Below, in pieces: positions 29,795-39,521 of a stretch of DNA of 64,000 nucleotides. Positions within the stretch are counted from its first letter, which is position 1. Each line of letters opens with the position of its first letter. The translations under genes were made by a program, and so were the position numbers. Origin of the DNA: a virus. Where the stretch lies: the IMG/VR virus record IMGVR_UViG_3300042387_002331. One strand, 5' to 3'. The notes under the pieces are model-generated. The model did not search any database. It saw only the letters and a program-made list of their open reading frames with translations, and had not been told where the DNA came from.

Positions 29795-30700
29795 ATGCCT
29801 TCTTCAAGAAAACCCAATCCAAAATCTCAATTAGAGATACAAAATGATCAGATAGAACCATATGTGTTCCCTGAAAATGGTGAGTCTTTAGGCAATCCTA
29901 ACATACCATCCCAATTTAATCAATTTACCGATAAAGATCAAAGCGGAGTAGATTTTAACCGTTCTGAACAGATGTCATTTAAAAATGACACCACAAAACC
30001 ATTCACAGTAGGTCTTCAAGATATTGACGAATCTATAATGTATTACTTTCAAAACGTAATTCGCCCAACAGTAATACAAAACGGAAATAGATTAGCAGTG
30101 CCTGTAATATATGGTTCACCTGAAAAATGGAAATCAGTTCAAAAAGACGGATACTATAAAGACAAAAATGGTGCTATTATGGCTCCGTTAATTATGTTTA
30201 AAAGAGATACAATTGATAAAAATCGTTCTCTAACAAATAAATTAGACGCTAATACACCTCATTTATATGCGTCTTGGATGAAAACATATAATCCAAAAAA
30301 TGCATACTCAAATTTTAACGTATTAACAAACCGAAAACCGGTAATGCAGTATGTGGTTAATGTAGTGCCTGATTATGTTACTTTAACATATTCTTGTGCT
30401 ATTCAAACATACTATGTTGATCAAATGAACAAAATCATCGAAGCAATTAACTATGCTTCAGACTCATATTGGGGAGACCCAGAACGTTTTAAATTTAAAG
30501 CATCTATTGATTCATATTCTACAGCAATAGAAGTTTCAGATAACACAAATCGTATTGTTAAAGGAACATTTTCAATCAAATTATTTGGATATATTGTTCC
30601 TGATACCATTCAAAAAGAGATTACAGCTATTAAAAAATATAATAGCAAAGCTCAGGTTATTATCACAGCAGAAGTAGTTAATAATTTAAATAATCTATAA
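29795..30700 (+). CDS. Tail terminator/sheath stabiliser (T4 gp15-like)
   Basis: VPVIYGSPEKW, APLIMFKR, PDYVTLTY and QMNKIIEAI motifs; position before the sheath genes. Confidence 0.7.
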   Translation: MPSSRKPNPKSQLEIQNDQIEPYVFPENGESLGNPNIPSQFNQFTDKDQSGVDFNRSEQMSFKNDTTKPFTVGLQDIDESIMYYFQNVIRPTVIQNGNRLAVPVIYGSPEKWKSVQKDGYYKDKNGAIMAPLIMFKRDTIDKNRSLTNKLDANTPHLYASWMKTYNPKNAYSNFNVLTNRKPVMQYVVNVVPDYVTLTYSCAIQTYYVDQMNKIIEAINYASDSYWGDPERFKFKASIDSYSTAIEVSDNTNRIVKGTFSIKLFGYIVPDTIQKEITAIKKYNSKAQVIITAEVVNNLNNL

Positions 30701-30702
30701 CA

Positions 30703-30849
30703 ATGGCAGCAAAAGTAAAAACATCATCAGGAATTTCATTTGTAAGAAAACCTAAAGTAAAAAGACCAGGAGTTCATGCAAAATCAAAAACTAGTAAAAA
30801 TAAAACTAGTAAAAATTATGTAAAATCGTATGTTTCTCAAGGGAAATAA
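30703..30849 (+). CDS. Small very basic protein (48 aa), not in the ORF track
   Basis: MAAKVKTSSGISFVRKPKVKRPGVHAKSKTSKNKTSKNYVKSYVSQGK; fills the gap almost exactly; 14 K/R and no D/E. Confidence 0.7.
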   Translation: MAAKVKTSSGISFVRKPKVKRPGVHAKSKTSKNKTSKNYVKSYVSQGK

Positions 30850-30868
30850 TATATTTATAATAAAATAA

Positions 30869-31447
30869 ATGGCACTTGTTTTAACTAAAGCTGGAATTTC
30901 TACAGGAAATACAGTAGAAGCATATCATGTTACTCAATCAATAGATGCTTTTACAGGAACTGATGCATATGATATAATTCTTTCAGGTTCTTTTACTCTT
31001 ACCGGTTCTTTTAATTGGGATGGTTCCTCATCTCCCTCTTCTTTATACCCAGGATACACATACCAAGAAACAGATGTTGATTCAGCAGAAATACTTAACA
31101 TCGGAACATCCCCAGTAGTAATCCTTCCAGCACTCGCAGGAAATAAGTATTATGATACTATAACTTCTATAGAATATACTTTTGGGACAGCTGCTTATAC
31201 AGGTTCAATAAACCCAACTAACCCAATATTATTACGAATTTCAAGTAGTGGTTTGAATTATTCAAATCCAATATATATTACTACTAATACTTCAAGTTTT
31301 CAAGTTGTATTTGATAAAGTACCTTTTGATTTAAATACTTGTTTTAATGATGGAATAATATTAACTTCCATAACTCCTGATAGTTATACAACTGGAGATG
31401 GTACTATTAAAGTTAAAGTATGGTATAAAATAATCAATTTTGGATAA
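30869..31447 (+). CDS. Hypothetical virion protein
   Basis: Late promoter at 30851; SGS/TGS motifs. Confidence 0.55.
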   Translation: MALVLTKAGISTGNTVEAYHVTQSIDAFTGTDAYDIILSGSFTLTGSFNWDGSSSPSSLYPGYTYQETDVDSAEILNIGTSPVVILPALAGNKYYDTITSIEYTFGTAAYTGSINPTNPILLRISSSGLNYSNPIYITTNTSSFQVVFDKVPFDLNTCFNDGIILTSITPDSYTTGDGTIKVKVWYKIINFG

Positions 31448-31464
31448 TATAATAAAATAAATTT

Positions 31465-31728
31465 ATGGGAATAGTTTCGGAAAAAAAGTTTTTAACAGAA
31501 GAAGAAAAAAACACATTAAAAGATATTCAACAAAAAACTCAAATATTAATTGCTGAGTTAGGAGAAATTGAACTGATAAAAATCCAACTTGAAAATCGAC
31601 ACCAATCAGCCAAATCATTTTTAAATGAATTAACTGATAAAGAAGAAGAATTTAATCAATTTATCTTTCAAAAATACGGTAAAACCCGCATTAACTCAGA
31701 AACTGGTGAGATTACCGTATTAGAATAA
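31465..31728 (+). CDS. Small coiled-coil hypothetical protein
   Basis: Coiled coil ending KYGKTRINSETGEI. Confidence 0.55.
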   Translation: MGIVSEKKFLTEEEKNTLKDIQQKTQILIAELGEIELIKIQLENRHQSAKSFLNELTDKEEEFNQFIFQKYGKTRINSETGEITVLE

Positions 31729-31774
31729 TTTAATTTAAAATACACCATATTTATAACAAAATAATTTATTTGTA

Positions 31775-33541
31775 ATGGCAGAAACAATTGTATCACCTGG
31801 TGTACTAGCAATAGAAAATGACCAATCTTTTATCACTCAAGCTCCTGTACAAGCGGGTGCTGCAATCATAGGACCAACAGTTAAAGGTAAAGTAGGTATT
31901 CCTACATTAGTTACAACATTTGGTGAATATCAAAATAAATTTGGAACTACATTTTTAAGTGGAAGCCAAACATACACATATCTTACCTCTATTTCAGCTT
32001 TTAATTACTTTAATAGTGGGGGAACTTCATTATTGGTTACACGTGTGGTTAGTGGTAGTACAACTACTGATTGGACTCCTGCAACTTCCTCATTTATTTC
32101 TGCATCTGCTCATGCTGCTGGTGCTCCTTATAACACAGATGTGTTTGTTTTAGAAACAATTTCTGAAGGAGAACTAATGAACAATACTGGTCCTACAGGA
32201 TCTAATGGAACATTATTAAGTGGCTCAACAAATAATTTTAGATGGCAAATAATCTCCCCAGATATTAATGCAGGAACATTTACTTTATTAATTAGACAAG
32301 GAAATGATACTACAACAACTCCATCTATTTTAGAAACTTGGAGTAATTTATCGTTAGATCCATTTGCTTCAAATTATGTTGAAAAAGTAATAGGTAACCA
32401 AGTTGAAGTAGTCACAAATGATCCATCTACAGGTGAATATTACATCCAACTTTCAGGAAGCTTTCCTAATAAATCAGCATACGTTAGAGTTAAACAAGTA
32501 AACCAAACTACCCCAGGATATTTTGATAATAATGGTGTTCCTAAAAACCAATATACTGGTTCTTTACCTCTTATTGGTAGTGGATCATTTGGAGATGGAA
32601 AGGGAAGTAACATTCCTACATTTGCCGCTGGCGCATATTATGAAAATATTTCAAATACCAATATCCAAGGTTTAACAGCTAATAACTATACAGAATCTAT
32701 TTCTTTATTAGCTAATGCTGATGCATTTAATTATAACTTTATTACTGCTCCCGGATTAATAGGAGATAGTACAAATTTTGCTCTTCATTACCCCGTTGTT
32801 CAACAATTAATCACAATGGTTCAAAATAGAGCAGATGCAATGGCTGTAGTTGATGTTGTAGGATATAACTCAAACATTATTCCTGTAACAGCAGCTGCAA
32901 ATTCTTGGGATACATCATATGCTGCAACATATTGGCCTTGGTTAAAAACAATCGACCCTAATTCAGGACAACAAGTTTGGACCCCAGCTTCAACAATTGT
33001 ACCTAGTGTATATGCATTTAATGACAATGTAGCTTATCCTTGGTTTGCACCTGCTGGTATTAACAGAGGCCTTATGACAACAGTTATTCAAACCGAAAGA
33101 ACCTTAACTCAAGGAAATAGAGATTTACTTTATCAAAACAATATAAACCCAATTGCAACTTTTCCAGGATCTGGAGTTGTAGTATTTGGACAAAAAACAT
33201 TACAGAAGAAAAAAAGTGCTTTAGATCGTGTAAACGTTAGACGTTTATTAATTGAACTCAAAAGTTATATTTCCCAAATAGGTGATACTTTTGTGTTTGA
33301 ACAAAATGATGCAATTACAAGAAATAATTTTGTAGCAGCCATCAACCCATATTTATCATCCGTTCAACAACAACAAGGTTTAACAGCTTTTAAAGTTATT
33401 ATGGATGAATCAAACAATCCTCCTTCAGTAGTAGACCAAAATCAACTAATAGGTCAAATTTATTTACAACCTACTAGAACTGCTGAATTTATTATATTAG
33501 ACTTTAACATATTACCTACAGGTGCAACCTTCCCTCAGTAG
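31775..33541 (+). CDS. Tail sheath protein 1 (gp18-like)
   Basis: SPGV, PWFAPAGINRG, GQKTLQ, LDRVNVRRL and LQPTRTAEFI. Confidence 0.93.
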   Translation: MAETIVSPGVLAIENDQSFITQAPVQAGAAIIGPTVKGKVGIPTLVTTFGEYQNKFGTTFLSGSQTYTYLTSISAFNYFNSGGTSLLVTRVVSGSTTTDWTPATSSFISASAHAAGAPYNTDVFVLETISEGELMNNTGPTGSNGTLLSGSTNNFRWQIISPDINAGTFTLLIRQGNDTTTTPSILETWSNLSLDPFASNYVEKVIGNQVEVVTNDPSTGEYYIQLSGSFPNKSAYVRVKQVNQTTPGYFDNNGVPKNQYTGSLPLIGSGSFGDGKGSNIPTFAAGAYYENISNTNIQGLTANNYTESISLLANADAFNYNFITAPGLIGDSTNFALHYPVVQQLITMVQNRADAMAVVDVVGYNSNIIPVTAAANSWDTSYAATYWPWLKTIDPNSGQQVWTPASTIVPSVYAFNDNVAYPWFAPAGINRGLMTTVIQTERTLTQGNRDLLYQNNINPIATFPGSGVVVFGQKTLQKKKSALDRVNVRRLLIELKSYISQIGDTFVFEQNDAITRNNFVAAINPYLSSVQQQQGLTAFKVIMDESNNPPSVVDQNQLIGQIYLQPTRTAEFIILDFNILPTGATFPQ

Positions 33542-33587
33542 TAATATATTTTAGAAAAAAAATTGATATTTATAATAAAAAGATAAA

Positions 33588-35291
33588 ATGGCAAATTTCA
33601 CAACTTCTCCTGGAGTAGCAATTAGCGAAATAGATAACACCTTTTTAACCGGACAACCGGTTCAAGCAGGTGCCGCTATTATAGGACCAACAGTTAAAGG
33701 TCCTTATGAAAAACCCACTCTAGTAACTTCTTATTCAGATTTCCAAATGTTGTTTGGAGATTCTTTTATTAGTGGTGGTAATTCTTATTCATATTTAACT
33801 TCAATTGCTGCTTACAATTATTTCAATTATGGAGGAACTTCATTATTAGTAGCCCGAGTAGCTACAGGTTCTTATACTTCTGCTACAAGTTCTAAAATTG
33901 AAAATTACTTTACCTCAGAATCATTTACTTTAGAAACCATTTCAGAAGGAATCATCATGAACAATTCAGGTTCAGGAGCTTCAGGTTCTTTACTTTTAGG
34001 AACTAAGGATAATGTAAGATGGGAAATTACCAATTCAAATACTGGATCAGGTACATTTAACGTATTAATTAGACGTGGAAATGATACTCAAAATAATAAA
34101 ACTATTCTTGAAGCTTGGAATAATGTAACATTAGATCCAAATTCAAATCGTTATATTGCTAGAGTAATTGGTGATCAAAAATTACAATACAATTCTTCAG
34201 CTAATCAAATGGACTTATCTGGAAGTTATCCAAACAACTCAAGATATGTACGTGTAAAAGCTGTAAATTATCCAACACCAAACTATTTTGATGCAAACGG
34301 AATTGCAGTTTCTGCATATACTGCTTCAATTCCAGTAAATGGAAGTGGTTCTTTAGATGGTGCTTTTGGAGGTGCTACTGGAACAACAGGTAGTACTATT
34401 AATTTATATGATAATATCTCAACAAACACTCAAGGTGTAATGGGATATGATTATAACAACATGATTTCATTATTAGGTAATCCTGAAGCATATCAATATA
34501 ATTTATTGTTTACTCCTGGTTTATTAAACGATACTCATACTGCTCAAATTACTAACCTTATTACTAACACAACTGCTAGAGGTGATAGTATGTTAGTATT
34601 TGATTTAACTGATTTTAACAGTGTAATTGGAGATGCAGTAACACAAGCTCAAACTCGTGATACTTCATATGCCGCTTCATATTGGCCTTGGGTTCGTATT
34701 ATTGACCCAGCAACCGGAAAACATGTTTGGTCACCTGCTTCAACAGTAATCCCAGGCGTATATGCATTTAATGATAAAGTATCTGCTCCATGGTTTGCAC
34801 CTGCAGGTATTAATCGTGGTGGTTTAAGTACAGTATTACAAGCACAATATAAATTAACTCAAGCAAATAGAGATACTTTATATGCAAATAATGTTAACCC
34901 AATTGCAACATTACCTAAACAAGGTGTTGTAGTATACGGACAGAAAACATTACAAAAAGCTCAATCTGCTTTAGATCGTGTAAATGTACGTCGTTTGATG
35001 ATTGAATTAAAAAGTTACATTCGTCAAATTGCTGATACTATTGTATTTGAACAAAATACTATTCAAACTAGAACTTCATTTATATCAAGAGTTAACCCAT
35101 ATTTAGAAGCTATCCAACAAAAACAAGGATTATATGCTTTTAAAGTAGTAATGGATGATTCAAATAACGGACCAGCTGTAATTGATCAAAACCAATTAGT
35201 AGGACAAATTTACATCCAACCAACACGCACAGCTGAATTTATTTCTTTGGATTTCATCTTGTTACCAACAGGAGCAGAATTCCCAGGATAA
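33588..35291 (+). CDS. Tail sheath protein 2 (paralogue)
   Basis: Same motifs as sheath 1; own late promoter at 33566. Confidence 0.93.
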   Translation: MANFTTSPGVAISEIDNTFLTGQPVQAGAAIIGPTVKGPYEKPTLVTSYSDFQMLFGDSFISGGNSYSYLTSIAAYNYFNYGGTSLLVARVATGSYTSATSSKIENYFTSESFTLETISEGIIMNNSGSGASGSLLLGTKDNVRWEITNSNTGSGTFNVLIRRGNDTQNNKTILEAWNNVTLDPNSNRYIARVIGDQKLQYNSSANQMDLSGSYPNNSRYVRVKAVNYPTPNYFDANGIAVSAYTASIPVNGSGSLDGAFGGATGTTGSTINLYDNISTNTQGVMGYDYNNMISLLGNPEAYQYNLLFTPGLLNDTHTAQITNLITNTTARGDSMLVFDLTDFNSVIGDAVTQAQTRDTSYAASYWPWVRIIDPATGKHVWSPASTVIPGVYAFNDKVSAPWFAPAGINRGGLSTVLQAQYKLTQANRDTLYANNVNPIATLPKQGVVVYGQKTLQKAQSALDRVNVRRLMIELKSYIRQIADTIVFEQNTIQTRTSFISRVNPYLEAIQQKQGLYAFKVVMDDSNNGPAVIDQNQLVGQIYIQPTRTAEFISLDFILLPTGAEFPG

Positions 35292-35337
35292 AAATTTAAA
35301 ATTTAGATATTTATAATAAAATTAAAATAGAAAACAA

Positions 35338-35826
35338 ATGGCAATTTTAAATCCAAACGAAATATTTTATACAGCGTTTGAACCAAAACAAACAAACCGT
35401 TTTATCCTTTATATGGATGGAGTTCCTTCATACCTAGTAAAAGGAGTAGGAGCTGTTTCTTTAACCCAAACTGCAGTTGCTCTTAACCATATTAACGTTC
35501 AACGTTATGTAAAAGGAAAAACAAAATGGAATACCATTCAGTTTACAATGTATGAATCAATTACTCCTTCGGGTGCCCAAGCAGTAATGGAATGGGTACG
35601 TTTAGGCCACGAATCAGTAACAGGTAGAGATGGATATTCTGACTTCTACAAGAAAGATATTACATTTAATGTTTTAGGTCCTGTAGGTGATATTGTTTCT
35701 GAATGGATTATTAAAGGAGCTGTTATTACTGAAGTTAACTTTGGAGACTATAACTGGGACGACGATGGAACCCCAGTAAATATCCAAGTAACTGTTCAAC
35801 CTGACTACTGTATTTTGAACTACTAA
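35338..35826 (+). CDS. Tail tube protein (gp19-like)
   Basis: FEPKQTNRF, YKKDITF..LGPVGDIVSEWIIKGA; follows the sheath genes. Confidence 0.85.
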   Translation: MAILNPNEIFYTAFEPKQTNRFILYMDGVPSYLVKGVGAVSLTQTAVALNHINVQRYVKGKTKWNTIQFTMYESITPSGAQAVMEWVRLGHESVTGRDGYSDFYKKDITFNVLGPVGDIVSEWIIKGAVITEVNFGDYNWDDDGTPVNIQVTVQPDYCILNY

Positions 35827-35850
35827 TATTAGGTTAAAAATATTTTTAAT

Positions 35851-35877
35851 AAAGCTCCAAAGAAATTTGGGGCTTTT
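35851..35877 (+). terminator. Rho-independent terminator after the tube gene
   Basis: aaagctccaaa-gaaa-tttggggcttt (one G-U pair). Confidence 0.7.
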
Positions 35878-35897
35878 ATTTTCTTTTAATATACTAA
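35867..35897 (+). promoter_or_regulatory. Bacteroidota sigma70-like promoter (TTGG-N19-TATACTAA)
   Basis: Same spacing also at 49249, 51000, 54001 and 59083. Confidence 0.55.
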
Positions 35898-35901
35898 AGC
35901 T

Positions 35902-38361
35902 ATGAAAACAATTAAAGTACTTTTATTTACGTTATTGACTAGTTTTATTTATAGTCAATATTGCCCATTTTTAGGGCCCGATCAATATTTACCTTGTGGT
36001 ACAAACTCAACAACTTTAACCGCAGATTTAAGTCAATGTATTGCAGGTAATAACCCTAATCAAACAACAAATTATAGTGTAGCTAACATACCCTATGTGC
36101 CTCAAATTAATGCTGGTACTTTAGTTCCTTTAGGGGATGATGTTCAATCGAATCCTTATAATATAGGATTTACATTTTGTTTTTATGGTCAAACATATAC
36201 ACAATTTAGGATCGGTTCAAATGGTTGGATTTCATTAGGTCCTGGAGGTCAACCTACAAATTTTACTTCAATGCAGATTCCAACTGCAAATGCTGCCGCA
36301 CCTAAAAATTGCATTATGGGTCCTTGGCAAGATTGGAACCCTGGAGCCGGTGGACAAATTAGATTCCAAACATCAGGTATAGCACCATGTAGAAAATTAA
36401 CCGTAAGTTGGATTGGTGTCCCAATGTTTTCATGTATTAATTTACAGGGAACTTTTCATATCGTATTATATGAATCTACTAATGTAATAGAAAATCACAT
36501 AGCAAATAAACCAAACTGTCCTCAATGGGCCGGAGGAACAGCTGTTCAAGGTATTCATAATACAGCAGGAACACAAGCAGTAACTGTTCCCGGAAGAAAT
36601 TCTACCCAATGGACAACCACAAATAATGCTTGGCGATGGACACCTAGTGGACCCGTTGTTACTCCAACATTAACTTGGTATCAAGTAGGTAATCCTGTTC
36701 CAATTGCAACAGGTGTGAACCAAATTACCGTGACTCCCCCTGTTCAAGGAGCTTATTACACATGTCATTTAGAATACCCTACTTGTAATGCAGGATGGTC
36801 AACTTGTAATGCTGGAGTTGGGTTAGGTCCTGATACAGTGTTTGTACAACCGGGTCCACCAAATTTAAATCAACCAAATTTTGTAAACACAAATCCTTTA
36901 TGTAATGGAGATTGTAACGGATCTATTACAGTAAATCCTACAAATGGTACAGCTCCATTTAATTATGCTTGGGTTACTTTACAAACTACCCCAACAATAA
37001 ACAATTTATGTGCAGGAAACTATATAGTAACAATTACCGATGCAAATAACTGTACTGTAACAGCAAATACCACATTAATTGATCCTCCTGTTTTAGCAGT
37101 ACCTTTAATGGCTGCAACTAATCCTGTTTGTTTTGGAGATTGTAACGGTACAGCAACAGCAAACCCAACTGATGGTATTGCTCCATATACTTATTTATGG
37201 GGGGATGGGCAAACAAATCAAACTGCGATTAATTTATGTGCTGGAACGTATAGTGTAACAGTAACAGATGCAAATGGATGTCCTGCTTCAAATACTATTG
37301 CTTTAGTAAATCCTCCAATAGTCGTAGTAGGAAGTATTACTTCATTAGATACAATATGCTACTTATCCTCTAACGAAACATACTCAGTACCAAGTTTAGG
37401 CGCAGGATATTCTTATAATTGGTCTAGTATAGGAAATATTACCTCAGGTCAAGGAACTAATAATATCACAGTAGATTGGTCTACATTACCTGCAGGGTTT
37501 ATACCTGGAGCTGTTAACGTTATAGCGATAAATCAGTTTGGTTGTACAAGTTTACCACAAGCAGTTGATGTTCATATTTTAAACATTTTACCCACGATAG
37601 ACTCGATTGCTCCACTATGTGACTATAGTAATTGTGTAACCTTAACTGGAATCCCTATTGGAGGAATATTTACAGGAAATGGAATAAATGGAAATACATT
37701 TTGCCCTTCACCTTTAATTGCAGGAAATAATACGATAACATATACTTATGCACAATCAAATTGTACTTTTGATACTACTTGCCAAATAACTGTTTACCCT
37801 AGACCTGCTATTTCACAAATTCAAAATGATTTAGGAAACTTAACATCTGAATTTATAGAATTGTGTGAAGGAGATAGTATAGGTAGAATTTATAATGCAA
37901 CCGCTTTAGGTGGAGGTAATGTAGTATGGATTTTAAACCAAGATAGTATTGCAAACCCAACATTACCCATTGCATGGAATAGCTTTGGAACATTTACCTT
38001 TTCAGCTGTAACATATGAAAACGGATGTGTATCTTATCCTGTATCATTTGCAACTACCATCCAAAGATGCCCTGAAGAATTAATTTACATTCCAAACACA
38101 TTTACTCCAGATGGAGATGAAAATAACAATACTTGGTCCCCAGTATTTACTTCAGGTTTTGATCCTGCTGATTTCCATTTAACCGTTTATAATAGATGGG
38201 GAGAATTAGTATTTGAAAGTTATAACAGTGCTGCTTCTTGGGATGGAACATACAACAATACAAAATGTCAAGATGGAGTTTATACTTGGGTTATAGTTTA
38301 TGGAGATAAAAATACAGATAAAGAAACATTAATTAAAGGAAACGTTACCCTTATTAGATAG
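35902..38361 (+). CDS. Secreted SprB-repeat protein with a T9SS type-B (gliding-motility-associated/CHU_C) C-terminal sorting domain
   Basis: Signal peptide ending YS-Q; two CxGDCNG...GxAPxxYxW...NLCAGxYxVTxTDANxC repeats; CTD IYIPNTFTPDGD...YNRWGELVF...WDGT...GVY...KGNVTLIR. Confidence 0.9.
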   Translation: MKTIKVLLFTLLTSFIYSQYCPFLGPDQYLPCGTNSTTLTADLSQCIAGNNPNQTTNYSVANIPYVPQINAGTLVPLGDDVQSNPYNIGFTFCFYGQTYTQFRIGSNGWISLGPGGQPTNFTSMQIPTANAAAPKNCIMGPWQDWNPGAGGQIRFQTSGIAPCRKLTVSWIGVPMFSCINLQGTFHIVLYESTNVIENHIANKPNCPQWAGGTAVQGIHNTAGTQAVTVPGRNSTQWTTTNNAWRWTPSGPVVTPTLTWYQVGNPVPIATGVNQITVTPPVQGAYYTCHLEYPTCNAGWSTCNAGVGLGPDTVFVQPGPPNLNQPNFVNTNPLCNGDCNGSITVNPTNGTAPFNYAWVTLQTTPTINNLCAGNYIVTITDANNCTVTANTTLIDPPVLAVPLMAATNPVCFGDCNGTATANPTDGIAPYTYLWGDGQTNQTAINLCAGTYSVTVTDANGCPASNTIALVNPPIVVVGSITSLDTICYLSSNETYSVPSLGAGYSYNWSSIGNITSGQGTNNITVDWSTLPAGFIPGAVNVIAINQFGCTSLPQAVDVHILNILPTIDSIAPLCDYSNCVTLTGIPIGGIFTGNGINGNTFCPSPLIAGNNTITYTYAQSNCTFDTTCQITVYPRPAISQIQNDLGNLTSEFIELCEGDSIGRIYNATALGGGNVVWILNQDSIANPTLPIAWNSFGTFTFSAVTYENGCVSYPVSFATTIQRCPEELIYIPNTFTPDGDENNNTWSPVFTSGFDPADFHLTVYNRWGELVFESYNSAASWDGTYNNTKCQDGVYTWVIVYGDKNTDKETLIKGNVTLIR

Positions 38362-38379
38362 TACAATATTTATAATAGT

Positions 38380-38751
38380 ATGAAACTGAACCACTTACGT
38401 ACTTTAGTTAAAGAGGAGCTTAATAAGCGACTAAACGAAGAATACCAAGACAAATTTAAAATGGTTGGTATGCTTATAACCAACATTAAAAAACGCCCAC
38501 AAAAAGAAATATTTTCTGATATCCGATCAATCCCAGGAGTAACCGTAGCATCTGTTAAAGAACCTATGGAATATAGTGAACAAGACACAGAAAAATTCCA
38601 GTCAATTATGACTGTAAAAGTTGATGGTCATCCTTGGATTACAAAAGGTGGTTTTGATCGTACAAAAATGGAAGATATTCGTAAAGCAATATTAAAGGTA
38701 GAAGGAGTTTTATCATATAATGTAAATCCTGATAATATTTCTTCTCTTTAA
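38380..38751 (+). CDS. Hypothetical protein
   Basis: Late promoter at 38366; LRTLVKEEL motif; DIRSIPGVT. Confidence 0.55.
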   Translation: MKLNHLRTLVKEELNKRLNEEYQDKFKMVGMLITNIKKRPQKEIFSDIRSIPGVTVASVKEPMEYSEQDTEKFQSIMTVKVDGHPWITKGGFDRTKMEDIRKAILKVEGVLSYNVNPDNISSL

Positions 38752-38792
38752 TATATGTATATAGGACAATAAAGTTATATTAAATAAAAATT

Positions 38793-39521
38793 ATGAGTGA
38801 ATTTAAATTACCAACTGAAACAGTTGAATTACCTTCTAAAGGCTTACTATATCCTGAAGATTCTGAATTAGCAAAAGGTACTGTTGAAATTAAATACATG
38901 ACTGCTAAAGAAGAAGATATTCTTACCAACCAATCATATATTAAAAACGGTACTGTATTGGATAAATTAATGAAATCATTAATTGTGTCAAAAATTAATT
39001 ATGATGATATTTTAATTGGTGATAAAAATGCAATTATGGTTGCTGCTCGTATTTTAGGATATGGTGCTGAATATACTTTTAATTATTTAGGTGATTCTCA
39101 TACAGTAGATTTATCTCAAGTTGAAAATAAACCACTTAAAGAAGAATTATTTGCAAATCGTGTAAACGAATTTACCTTTACCCTTCCTAAATCAGGTAAT
39201 GTAGTTACATTTAAACTTTTAAGTCATAAAGACGAACAAGATATTGCTCGTGAACTAGAAGGTTTGAAAAAAATCAATAAAGATGCCTCTCCCGAACTTT
39301 CAACCCGTTTAAAATACCTAATCACCTCAGTAGAAGGAAAACGAGATAAAAAAGACATTCGAGAATTTGTCGACAATTATCTTCTCGCCCAAGACTCCAG
39401 GGCATTAAGAGAATATATTAGAGAGATTCAACCAGATGTTGATCTAACTTTTTTTCCCGACGGGAGTGACGATAGAATCAGTATCCCAATTGGGATTAGC
39501 TTTTTTTGGCCTGACCTATGA
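38793..39521 (+). CDS. Baseplate hub/tail assembly chaperone (T4 gp26-like)
   Basis: ELPSKG, MTAKEEDIL and ARILGYG; ends ISFFWPDL; lies before the tape measure. Confidence 0.7.
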   Translation: MSEFKLPTETVELPSKGLLYPEDSELAKGTVEIKYMTAKEEDILTNQSYIKNGTVLDKLMKSLIVSKINYDDILIGDKNAIMVAARILGYGAEYTFNYLGDSHTVDLSQVENKPLKEELFANRVNEFTFTLPKSGNVVTFKLLSHKDEQDIARELEGLKKINKDASPELSTRLKYLITSVEGKRDKKDIREFVDNYLLAQDSRALREYIREIQPDVDLTFFPDGSDDRISIPIGISFFWPDL

